In this document: positions 1 through 9,622 of the stretch, in pieces
Position numbering within the stretch: the stretch's first letter is position 1
Layout of the letters: every line of letters starts with the position of its first letter
DNA from: an uncultured Chitinophagaceae bacterium
GTDB lineage: Bacteria; Bacteroidota; Bacteroidia; Chitinophagales; Chitinophagaceae
Reading direction: 5' to 3'
Length of the DNA stretch: 64,000 bases
NCBI GenBank assembly: GCA_963759555.1
Contig: CAVWZV010000005.1
Span: 71,422 to 135,421 of the forward strand
Made by a program: the position numbers and the translations under genes
Notes under the pieces: model-generated
Database searches by the model: none
What the model was told of the DNA's origin: nothing
The model's input: the letters and a program-made list of their open reading frames with translations, nothing else

Positions 1-1037
1 AATATGAACCATGCAAATAAATCGGCTTCGTTTAATTTCTTCATGGTTTTATTCCAAACAATAGCTTCAATCATCAGCCTTAAAACAAAAATGCCAACTG
101 CAATGTACCAGTTAAAAAAGAGGGCGGTTAAAACTGTAAGCGGATAAATTAATGTATGTGCCAGCGCATACAGTGACAATGAAAACTTGTGTGAAGGCTT
201 ATAATATTTTGCCGTTGTATAATGCCGGTTTTTTTGCTGCGTCCATTCGCGCCAACTTTTATGCGGCTCGCTTAAAGTATGTGCATCTTTATCAATAACA
301 ATTGCAGTATTTGTTTTTGTGGCAATCATATTTATAAACAAATCGTCATCACCACTCGGTATGTGATTGATGGTTGAGAAACCTTTATTGCGCAAGAATG
401 TTTCTCTGCGGTAAGATAAATTTCTTCCAACGCCCATGTAAGGCTTACCTGCCAAAGCATAAGAAAAATATTGCAGTGCTGTATGAAATGTTTCAAAACG
501 GATTAGCTTATTTAACATGCCGGGATATTTTTTATAAGCGCCATAACCCAGCACAATTTCAATACCTGTGCGATAACCGCTTTGCATTTTTTTAAGCCAG
601 TGTTCGCTCGCAGGAATACAGTCTGCATCTGTTAATAAAACAATTTCGTGTTTGGATGATTTTATTCCAACAGACAACGGAAACTTTTTGCCGGGAATAC
701 CTTTCGCTTCTTGTTTTAAAGCAATTATGGTAAGATCCTTAAAGGAACGCTGAAATTCTTCCAAAACATATTTTGATTCATCGGTAGAATTATCATTTAC
801 AATCATTATTTCGTGCGTGGTTTTGTAATCCTGCACCAAAATACCCGGTAAGTTTTTTACAAGATTTTCTGCTTCATTCTTTGCACAAATAATTACTGAA
901 ACAGGATATTCCTGGGATGCTTCTTTTTCCGGTGCTGTGTAATTCGCCAGTTTATTAAAAACAAATAAATAATAGTACACTTGAATTAAGGCTACAGCAC
1001 CTAATACACAAGGCCAGATTATTGCGAACATCATCAT
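1..1037 (-). CDS. Glycosyltransferase family 2 (GT-A fold); 3' end runs off the window
   Basis: Not in the ORF track (no stop in window). Hand translation from ATG 1037: MMMFAIIWPCVLG...PVSVIICAKNEAENL...IVNDNSTD...LLTDADC...SGDDDLF...QKNRH, i.e. GT2 DxD and QxxRW-like motifs with N- and C-terminal TM segments. Confidence 0.9.
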   Translation of the reverse strand, partial: MMMFAIIWPCVLGAVALIQVYYYLFVFNKLANYTAPEKEASQEYPVSVIICAKNEAENLVKNLPGILVQDYKTTHEIMIVNDNSTDESKYVLEEFQRSFKDLTIIALKQEAKGIPGKKFPLSVGIKSSKHEIVLLTDADCIPASEHWLKKMQSGYRTGIEIVLGYGAYKKYPGMLNKLIRFETFHTALQYFSYALAGKPYMGVGRNLSYRRETFLRNKGFSTINHIPSGDDDLFINMIATKTNTAIVIDKDAHTLSEPHKSWREWTQQKNRHYTTAKYYKPSHKFSLSLYALAHTLIYPLTVLTALFFNWYIAVGIFVLRLMIEAIVWNKTMKKLNEADLFAWFI

Positions 1038-1149
1038 TAACAAAAATAATAAGGCGGTGCAATGTAAAGATGAAGGTGTGCTTAATGTGGATAACTGGAA
1101 AGAAATCGTCCTGCACTTGTAAAAATGCAGGACGAGCCACTATTTTAAA

Positions 1150-4100
1150 TTATTGGGGTGTGTCTGTTGGCGGTGCACTATCGCCGCTATCAACAGGTTT
1201 TATTAAGCTGCCGTTTTCCAGCGCAGGTGTTTTTTCGTTATACAACTGCTGCATCTGGTTAAGTTTGTTCAGTAAATCTTCCGCATTTTGCTTTTCGTAA
1301 TTAAGATTATCCGCTCTCCAATCTGTAAGCGAATTATAATATTTTATTTGCTGTTGCAAATCAGATTTTACCGATCGGCCTACTTTTTCTGCCAATGCTT
1401 TATCATCTGCAAGGTAAGCCGCCTGCATAACTGCGAGTGAAAGCTGGTCGTGATCGTTACCCCTGCTTGTCATTCCATATGGAAAATTCTGTTGCAGCAG
1501 TTCTTTGTCTGCGCGTTCCAAAACATTTTTAGCAGAATCTTTTTTGCCTTTATTGATAAGATCAAAAGCGATATCAACTTCAGCCCTGCGTATACTGTTT
1601 AAATGCCTGCGGTTTTCTTCATCAAAATAAACACCCGGAATATTTGCATTGCCAAAGCCAAATTTTTTCATAAACACATTGTAAGACCAATCTGTATTTA
1701 CACCTGAATTTTCAACGGGTACCAAACGATAGGATAAACCGTCTCTTCTTATAAAACCTGCAAAACCAAGATCGCTATATGGCATTGTAAAATAGATGGG
1801 GCGCTGCCATTTGTTTGCAGCAATTATATTCAATATTGCCAAATCGTTCTTTAATAAATTATCTTTTGGAATAGTAAATTTAACGGCATCAACCACGCTG
1901 TCTGTTGGATTGACTGTGCCATTTGATTCAACCGTTTTTTTATCAACCGGTATTGCAACTTTATGTACAGGGAAAGTATTATACTGGTTTCCGTTTTGCG
2001 CCTGCATTAGCGAAGCATCAGAGCCCACATAATTTTTCATCATCTGGTATAAATCGTAATAGCGGTCTTCAGGAAATTGCGGATTTGCATTGTAAAAAAC
2101 AACATCCCGCTGATTACCTTCCAACTCATCCGGAGACATTATTACGTCAATGGGATTGCTCTGATTTACTTTGTATCTAAGCTCATTAATGTACCAATCT
2201 GTACCCAGTAAACTTGTATTTATAACGCGTATATCCGGCCGTACTCCTTCCACTTCCTGCGCATACCATAACGGGATAAGTGTCATTATCGCCAAACGTG
2301 AACAGAACAGCATTTGGCGCGCAGCTTTCGAGATAATCCCTGGCAATATCTCTTGCCATTTGTTTTTTACTCCTGTCATGATCATCCCATTCCTGCTGGG
2401 CCATTATCGCCGGTACAATTAATGAAATAACGATTGCGGCATACACGATAGTCGTACCGCCTTTAAGATTTTTTATTAAATAGGGAATGCCTGCAGCGAT
2501 GGCGCCGAACAAAATTGCAAAGCCTATACCCAACATTACGCCGCCGCCAGATGCAGCACCGCCTAATAAAAATAAAGCGCCAATAACACCGCCGCTAATG
2601 AGGATAGACTTTAATAATTGCTGGTTCCATGTTGAGGCAACCTCAATGAAGTAAGGAACGGCAAGGCCTATCCAAACGGCAAAGGCATAGAATGAGCCCA
2701 CATAAGCATAGTCACGTTCACGTGGCTGGTAACCCGCCTGGTTCAGGTATATAACAATGGCAAAGCCTGTAAAGAAAAACAACATGAAATTTACCAATGC
2801 ATCACTGCCCCGTTTCTTAAAGTGATAAAACATGCCTATCAACCCTAAAATAAAAGGCAGCATAAATAAAGTATTATGCGCTTTGTTATGTTTAAGGCTA
2901 TCGGGCAAAAGGCTTTGATCGCCATACATCGAATTATCAACAAAAGAAATTCCTGTTATCCAGTTTCCATCCCGCACGTTGCCGCTTGCCAAACCCTGGA
3001 GATCATCCTGCTTTCCGCTGAAATTCCAGAAAAAATACCGCAGGTACATGTAATAGTTTTGATAAGAAACAAAGAACCGCACATTATCCATAAACGTGGG
3101 GTCACGTTCGTAATGTCCATCCTGTGTTTTACGTATGTTCATAAACATCGCATAATAATCTGCATGTCCCTGGTCGTTGCTCGCATCCCACATACGCGGG
3201 AAAATCATTTCATCTTCCTTCTTATATATGTAACTGTAGCTACGTACTACTTTTATATACCTGTCAGTGCTTTTCTGATAAGTATATTGTTCTTTTGAGT
3301 CTATTGGTTGTGCTGTAAATTTTTGTCCGTATAAAATGGGAAAATCGCCGTATTGGTCACGGCCGAGATAGCCTACCAAACTCATCGGGTTATCTACATT
3401 ATACATATCCACGGCAGGGTCTGCGTTACTGCGTATTAATGTTGTAACATAAGAGCTGTAACCAATCAACATAAAGGCAAGGCACCATAAGCCTAAACGC
3501 ATGTAATACCAACCTCTTTTGAGGGCAAACCGTAAGCCCAGCCATAAAAGAAAAGCAACCAAAATAAAAAATGTGGCAAAGCCAGATGAGAATGGCAAAT
3601 GCAGTGTGTTTACAAAAAAGATATCAAAATAACCGGCGGCTTTAATTGAAACCTGTATTACGCCCACCTGTGCAATGCCAACCAGTATTACGCCTATGAT
3701 TGTAAAAATATAAATGCCGCCATAGTAATCTTTCCTGTCTTTATTTACGGATTCAACCCCATATAAAAGACCGATTGCAGCGGCAGCACCCAATAACATT
3801 AAGCCGGCAACCGTTGCATTCATCGGTACGCCTCTGGAACTGTCTGCAGCGGCGCTGGCACTAATTAATGCAGCAATAAACGCCAGTATACCGCCAACTA
3901 TAACAAGCCTGATAAAATATTTTCTAATTTTTATATAATTAAAATGTTCGCGTTTGCGGAAATAATAAACCAATACAATAGCAGGAATTGTTAAAAGGTT
4001 TAAAAGATGCACGCCAATAGATAAACCCATCAAAAAGAAAATGAACACGATCCACTTATCTGCGCCAGGTTCATCGGCTACATGCTCCCATTTTAAAATT

Positions 4101-4588
4101 GCCCAAAATACAATCGCTGTAAAAAATGAACTCATGGCATATACTTCACCTTCCACTGCACTAAACCAGAAAGAATCTGTAAACGTATAAGCAAGTGCTC
4201 CTACAGCGCCGGCACCCATTATTGAAACTAACTGCAGTTTGGTAAGCTTACTGTTATCCCTGCTGTCACCTAAAGCAATGCGGCGCGCAAAGTGCGTGAT
4301 GGTCCAAAACAAAAACAAAATGGTAAAGCCGCTTGATAGCGCACTCATAACATTAACGCCTTTTGCAGCCGTCATCGGGTCGTTGCCAAACAACACAATA
4401 AAAACCCTTCCAATCAATACAAACAAAGGAGCGCCGGGCGGGTGCGGAATCTGTACCTTAAAGCAACTGCTTACAAACTCACCGCAATCCCACAAACTGC
4501 CGCCTGCTTCACTTGTCATAATATAAACGGTGCAGGCAATAAGGCAGACTATCCAGCCTGTAATGTTATTAATGCGCTTAAAGCTCAT
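1150..4588 (-). CDS. DUF2723 (TMEM260-like, GT-C type) multi-pass membrane protein; one frameshift near 2274
   Basis: ORFs 2186..4588 and 1150..2385 join if one C is removed at 2273-2275 (GDNDTYP|LWYAQEVEG); motifs [31 protein letters not shown]. Confidence 0.85.
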
Positions 4589-4631
4589 GTAAAATTTTTT
4601 TTAGATTGGTCCTGGTTTTTTAAAGTGGCAG

Positions 4632-4639
4632 CAAACCTA
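4632..4639 (-). promoter_or_regulatory. Bacteroidota sigma70 -7 element (TAGGTTTG) for the DUF2723 gene
   Basis: Matches TAnnTTTG about 45 nt upstream of ATG 4588. Confidence 0.5.
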
Positions 4640-4868
4640 ATATAAACAAATGAAAAAGGGAAAAGGGATTCTATTTTTAAGAATTGTTTGCAGACAGGTC
4701 GAGCTCAGTCTATTACCGGATATGACCTAACAGGAAGGTTCAGGTGCTGATTTGGCAACGCTTCAAACGTTGTAAAAACTTCTTATATACGAATAAGTAA
4801 CCTGTGATCAAGCATTGCGTTAAACCCTTTATTGTAGAGACTTTTTTGAAAATACAACGATATTAATA

Positions 4869-4926
4869 TGATAGTTGTTCGATGCCTGGAACAAACAACT
4901 ATCGAACAGGTATCGAATAACTATCA
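4869..4926. repeat. 20-bp inverted repeat built from degenerate 11-bp units (REP-like hairpin)
   Basis: TGATAGTTGTTCGATGCCTG (4869-4888) pairs with CAGGTATCGAATAACTATCA (4907-4926), with two G-T pairs; tandem units AACTATCGAAC / AGGTATCGAAT / AACTATCAAAG. Confidence 0.6.
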
Positions 4927-4944
4927 AAGAAATGGCGCTTGTAT

Positions 4945-5043
4945 TCAGAACGAATAAAACGTAAACTTTCGCTTAAACACTTTTAATGCTCCTTCAAGAC
5001 TGCTTCCGGGCAGCGACATAATCAAGCAGTTTGCCTTATCTTT
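4945..5043 (-). pseudogene. Orphan diverged copy of the 3' end of the epimerase gene at 6158..7081
   Basis: Encodes SLPGSSLEGALKVFKRKFTFYSF* vs SLPESSLEEELKVFKQKFTFYSA*; 59/72 nt identical by hand alignment, and similarity continues after a 2-nt gap. Confidence 0.85.
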
Positions 5044-5248
5044 TTTCTCCGCGCAGTCTCTGTGATGGGCTTGTGCGCATGCTTCGAGAACTGTGCGGGT
5101 GCGGCTAAACATGATGACCGACCAGCAAGACACGGCTACGACAGAAATCTCACAATATTTCATACCTTCAAAAACGAAAGTTTTAAAGCCTGAAAACAAA
5201 ATCTTGTACATAGTCGTGTTTTCCACTATGTATTAACACTTTTAATAA

Positions 5249-6073
5249 ATGAAAATCAAATTCTATGGAGTACGGGGCTCGTTGCCGGTATGCGGCAGAG
5301 AGTTTGAAAAATATGGAGGAAATACAACCTGCATAAAATTATACCGTGAGCATGCGCATAGAATTGCTATTATTGATGCGGGTACCGGCATACGTAATTT
5401 AGGAAAAGAGATGGTTAATGATAAGATATCTCAAAGTGTCATCAACATCCTTTTTTCTCATTTTCATTGGGATCATATACAAGGCTTCCCCTTCTTTGCA
5501 CCAGCTTATAACGAGAACCAGAGAATAGGTATTCTCGCAATGGGCAGACGGGAGAAAATTACTAACCTGAAAGAAATTTTTTCTACGCAAATGCAAAAAG
5601 AGTATTTTCCTATTGGCCTTGAAACAATGGGTGCACAGTTTGAATTTCTAACTTATGGCAATAAAGAACAGCTTTATGGCGCCACTGTTATTGCTCTGCC
5701 GCAACATCATTTGGTTGCAGGCGGTTCTTATGGTTTTCGGGTAGAAGATGAGTCGGTAACATTTGCAGTATGTACTGATGTGGAGCACATTAATGGCGTA
5801 GATGAGAATATTGTAAAATTAGCAAGCGGAGCTGATTTACTGATTCATGACGGGCAGTATACAGAAGATGAATATAAAAAATTTAAAGGCTGGGGACACA
5901 GCTCATACTTACATGCTGTTGATGTAGCGATTAAAGCTAATGTGAAGAAACTTGTTATTACCCACCACGATCCCGATCACAACGACGACTTTCTTGACGC
6001 TATGGAATATGAATGCCAAAAACTTTTTCCCAATTCCGTGTTTGCAAAAGAAGGAATGGAAGTTTTGGTATAA
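5249..6073 (+). CDS. MBL-fold metallo-hydrolase (putative phosphodiesterase)
   Basis: GVRGS, YGGNTTC, IDAGTG, SHFHWDH (HxHxDH), GWGHS, THHDP motifs. Confidence 0.9.
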   Translation: MKIKFYGVRGSLPVCGREFEKYGGNTTCIKLYREHAHRIAIIDAGTGIRNLGKEMVNDKISQSVINILFSHFHWDHIQGFPFFAPAYNENQRIGILAMGRREKITNLKEIFSTQMQKEYFPIGLETMGAQFEFLTYGNKEQLYGATVIALPQHHLVAGGSYGFRVEDESVTFAVCTDVEHINGVDENIVKLASGADLLIHDGQYTEDEYKKFKGWGHSSYLHAVDVAIKANVKKLVITHHDPDHNDDFLDAMEYECQKLFPNSVFAKEGMEVLV

Positions 6074-6157
6074 CGAGTACAAACACATTTCTGCACATTA
6101 ACGTGTAAGAATTGGTTGCGCAGGAATAAGCCTTAAATATTAAAACTGAAAATTATT

Positions 6158-7081
6158 TCAAGCCGAATAGAAAGTAAACTTTTGCTTAAATACTTTTAAT
6201 TCTTCTTCCAGGCTGCTTTCGGGCAGTGAAACATAATTGAGCAGTTTACTTTGTCTTTCAACTTCCAGGTTATGACCTGTATAATTTTGGTTGATGAAAA
6301 ACGATTCAAGGTCCGGGTAAATTGTTTTCATTACTTCAACAATATCCAGAATGCTCAGGCTTTTATCGGCAAGATTATAAATACCGCCGGGAATATCTGC
6401 TTTTAATAATTGAGCCAGCACATTAGTTGTTTTATCAATATGAATAAAAGAACGATGCTGGCCCCCTGAGCCATTTACAGTAATGCGGTTTGTAAAATGA
6501 GCATCAAACATAAAACGGTTGATGACTGCATCAAACCGCATGCTTTTGCTGTAACCGTATACATTACCCAGGCGAATAATTATTGTATGAATTTTATCAA
6601 CCAACCTGCTAATATGCCTTTCTGCGCGCAGTTTTGAAATGGAATAAAAACTATCTGGCTCTGCCGGCGATTCTTCGTTTGCGGGTTGTATGGTGTTGCC
6701 ATAAACGCCCGTACTGCTTAAAAAGATTAATTTTTTTACATTGCTTTCTTCCAGCGCATAAGTAAGCTCTGCGGTGCCCCAGTGGTTTGTTTGCTCATAA
6801 ATATGCCCATCAGTATTTGCAAAAGGCGTGGTAACTTTTGCAGCAAGATGAAAAACCACATCAATGTTTTTTAAAGCGTTCCGCAGTTTTCTTGAATCTA
6901 AAATTTCGCCTTGTATAAATTTTACTTTTGTTGAAGCAACTTTATGGCCTATAAATAAATTATAATTTCCGCGGCTTAGATTATCGTACACAACAATATG
7001 CTCAATTTCATCTACATCACTAAGCCTGTAAATAAGTTCAGTACCAATATAGCCGGCACCACCTGTTATAAGAATATTCAT
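6158..7081 (-). CDS. NAD-dependent epimerase/dehydratase (extended SDR)
   Basis: ITGGAGYIG Rossmann motif, VFHLAA, catalytic YSISK, RLGNVYG. Confidence 0.9.
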   Translation of the reverse strand: MNILITGGAGYIGTELIYRLSDVDEIEHIVVYDNLSRGNYNLFIGHKVASTKVKFIQGEILDSRKLRNALKNIDVVFHLAAKVTTPFANTDGHIYEQTNHWGTAELTYALEESNVKKLIFLSSTGVYGNTIQPANEESPAEPDSFYSISKLRAERHISRLVDKIHTIIIRLGNVYGYSKSMRFDAVINRFMFDAHFTNRITVNGSGGQHRSFIHIDKTTNVLAQLLKADIPGGIYNLADKSLSILDIVEVMKTIYPDLESFFINQNYTGHNLEVERQSKLLNYVSLPESSLEEELKVFKQKFTFYSA

Positions 7082-7212
7082 GTATTTTTTGTTGGAAGAT
7101 TTTGCAGAGTTATAATTGAGAATTCATTGGTGATTATTGATGTTTATTCATTTAATAAGACCCGATTTTCAATATTCAGTAATCAATGTTCATTTTTTTG
7201 AATTGCATTAAT

Positions 7213-7869
7213 TTATTTTACCACAAGATCAGTATTTAAACCGCATTCCGTTTTCTTAAGTCCGTACCAGCGGCCATCGCGCCCTTCCATATTTAAATCC
7301 CATTTGCGTGTGCAGGGTTCACATCCAATGCTGAAATATCCTTTGTCTTCTAATGGATGATGCGGAATTTTATTTTCACGTAAATAAGCGTAAATCATTT
7401 TGCTTGTCCAGTCCAGCATCGGGTGAAAGCGTATCGTTCCCAGTTTTGCTTTTTCTTCTATTTTAAAGTTTTTACGCACTTCGCCCTGGTCTGCACGAAC
7501 GCCGTTTATCCAAACATCGTATTGTGCAAGTATAGGTTCAAGCGGAACTACTTTATTTAAGTGGCAACATAAATCAGGATCGCTTGCAAATAATAACCTG
7601 CCGTTTCCATCACGCTGGTTATTTTTTGCGGTTGAGGAATAAACGTTAATGAGATTGAGATCAAACAATTTAGTAATCTCATCACGGTAACTTAACGTTT
7701 CAGGAAAGTGGTAACCGGTATGAATAAAATAAACTGGAATAGTGTTATCAATCCTGCTTAAAATATGCAACAGTACCGTGCTGTGCGTTTGAAAAGATGA
7801 TGTAGTAAAAAGTTTTAAGCCAAGTTGCTTGTACAACTTTACCTTGTCAGTAATTTGTTCAACTGTCAT
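7213..7869 (-). CDS. cysH: Phosphoadenylyl-sulfate reductase family, 4Fe-4S type (likely APS reductase)
   Basis: TGYHFPET, CC pair (DLCCHLNKV), WINGVRADQ, SIGCEPCT (CxxC), GRW, C-terminal ECGL. Confidence 0.9.
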   Translation of the reverse strand: MTVEQITDKVKLYKQLGLKLFTTSSFQTHSTVLLHILSRIDNTIPVYFIHTGYHFPETLSYRDEITKLFDLNLINVYSSTAKNNQRDGNGRLLFASDPDLCCHLNKVVPLEPILAQYDVWINGVRADQGEVRKNFKIEEKAKLGTIRFHPMLDWTSKMIYAYLRENKIPHHPLEDKGYFSIGCEPCTRKWDLNMEGRDGRWYGLKKTECGLNTDLVVK

Positions 7870-7909
7870 GCTTGCCCGTTTTTATTCGTTGTTGATAGAA
7901 TCACAAAAT

Positions 7910-7936
7910 AAAAAAGCCCTCTTTTTAAAGAAGGCT
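7910..7936 (-). terminator. Intrinsic terminator (attenuator) in the cysH leader
   Basis: mRNA AGCCUUCUU-UAAA-AAGAGGGCU followed by UUUUUAUUUU, about 40 nt upstream of cysH ATG. Confidence 0.8.
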
Positions 7937-7963
7937 ATATTTTATTGATTATTTATTTAGTTA

Positions 7964-8035
7964 TTACAATAGAATTTCCTTCTTTAAAAGATCACCTTTG
8001 CACATACAACAACAAAATAAAGAAGGATTATACAT
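7964..8035 (-). CDS. Putative cysteine-sensing leader peptide MYNPSLFCCCMCKGDLLKKEILL (23 aa)
   Basis: ATG 17 nt downstream of a TAnnTTTG element; four clustered Cys codons (TGT TGT TGT ATG TGC); overlaps the protector and antiterminator segments. Confidence 0.75.
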   Translation of the reverse strand: MYNPSLFCCCMCKGDLLKKEILL

Positions 8036-8051
8036 TGCTTGCTTTGAAACG

Positions 8052-8059
8052 CAAATATA
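8052..8059 (-). promoter_or_regulatory. Bacteroidota -7 element TATATTTG driving the cysH leader
   Basis: Exact TAnnTTTG match just upstream of the leader ORF. Confidence 0.65.
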
Positions 8060-8453
8060 AAAATGAATTTTGTTAGAAAGAATATTTTTAAAATAATTAA
8101 CTGTTATTACATATAGCAGGGCACAATGCAATTAATCCGGTTCACAATCCAAAAACCTTCCATTCATTTAAAAATTCTACGATGGCATGGTGAAAAATTT
8201 TTCATACATCCCGCCTTCATTTGTTATTAATCCAAATAAGTTGGCTAAGCAGTATTGTATATCGTAAAGAAAAGGGCCTTCACAGTTATGCATTGGTATA
8301 CAATTAAAACAAATCGCAAAACAGTTACTCTAATACATATTTAAACTAACATTTGTTTAGTTACGATTCACATAAAACTTTAGTTTATGAAATTCAAAGT
8401 CATCATTTGTAATTAATTTTACTGCTTTACAATTTTTAAAACTTCAATACATA

Positions 8454-9542
8454 ATGCAAGCAACCGAATTAAACTTGAAAGAAGTAACACAAAAAGCGTG
8501 GAGTAAAAGACCATTAATTATTTCAGGGCCCTGCAGCGCAGAAACAGAAGAACAGGTTATTGAAACTGCAGTGCGTTTACATAAAACCGGTAAAATTGAT
8601 ATGCTGCGCGCCGGTATTTGGAAGCCACGTACACGCCCGGGAAGTTTTGAAGGTGTTGGTACAAAAGGTTTGCCCTGGTTGCAAAAAGCTAAACAACTAA
8701 CAGGCTTACCCGTAACAGTTGAAGTGGCAACAGGCAAACAGGTTGAAGATGCTTTACATTTTGATATAGATGTTTTATGGATAGGTGCACGCACAACCGT
8801 GAATCCTTTTAGTGTTCAGGAAGTTGCTGATGCATTGCGTGGTGTTGATGTACCTGTACTGATAAAAAATCCAATTAACCCTGATCTGGAATTGTGGACC
8901 GGCGCTGTTGAGCGTGTTGCAAAAGCAGGCATTAAACAAATTGGTTTAATTCATCGTGGGTTTAGTTCTTATGGTAACACTGAATACCGCAATGCACCGA
9001 TGTGGCATTTGGCAATTGAAATGAAACGCCGCAATCCGGGCATCATGATAATAAATGATCCTTCCCATATTTGTGGAAGAAGAGATATTTTAATTGATGT
9101 TGCGCAAAAAGCAATTGATTTGGATTATGATGGTTTGATGATTGAATCTCATATCGATCCGGATCAAGCATGGAGCGATGCTAAACAACAGGTAACACCA
9201 GAAAAATTAGCTGAGATGCTTGAAAGCATTCGCTGGAGAAAAGAAGATATTCCTTCAGAAGAATTTCATGCAACTATGGAAAAATTGCGTCAGCAGATAA
9301 ATCATTTGGACGATGAGTTGTTGCAGATTCTTGGTCAGCGCATGAAAGTTGCCGATGAAATTGGTAAATATAAAAAAGCAAATAATATAACTATTCTTCA
9401 AACCAATCGCTGGAATTCAATTTTAGAAAGAGCTTATCTAAAAGGAGAGAAACTTGGTTTAAGTAAAGAATTTATTACAAAATATTTTGATGCGATGCAT
9501 ATGGAAAGCATCAATCATCAAAATAAAATAATGAATGATTAA
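8454..9542 (+). CDS. Bifunctional DAHP synthase (I-beta) / chorismate mutase
   Basis: ISGPCSAE, RAGIWKPRTRPGSFEG, WIGART, DPSH; C-terminal AroQ-type domain (LRQQINHLD...RMKVA..IGKYK). Confidence 0.92.
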   Translation: MQATELNLKEVTQKAWSKRPLIISGPCSAETEEQVIETAVRLHKTGKIDMLRAGIWKPRTRPGSFEGVGTKGLPWLQKAKQLTGLPVTVEVATGKQVEDALHFDIDVLWIGARTTVNPFSVQEVADALRGVDVPVLIKNPINPDLELWTGAVERVAKAGIKQIGLIHRGFSSYGNTEYRNAPMWHLAIEMKRRNPGIMIINDPSHICGRRDILIDVAQKAIDLDYDGLMIESHIDPDQAWSDAKQQVTPEKLAEMLESIRWRKEDIPSEEFHATMEKLRQQINHLDDELLQILGQRMKVADEIGKYKKANNITILQTNRWNSILERAYLKGEKLGLSKEFITKYFDAMHMESINHQNKIMND

Positions 9543-9622
9543 GTCTTGAAGGTCTTCTTTGCATGGAATATTACTGATAACTATTTGAATATATATTCTT
9601 ATGCCGTCATCTTATAAATAAT

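Noticed and set aside
4945-5226. 93-aa minus-strand ORF as a real gene
   Set aside because: Only its last ~23 codons are meaningful (copy of the epimerase tail); the rest runs antisense through the MBL upstream region
8100-8453. Aromatic amino-acid attenuator upstream of the DAHP synthase gene
   Set aside because: Short ORFs there (e.g. MKFKVIICN) have no Phe/Tyr/Trp run, and no terminator hairpin is evident
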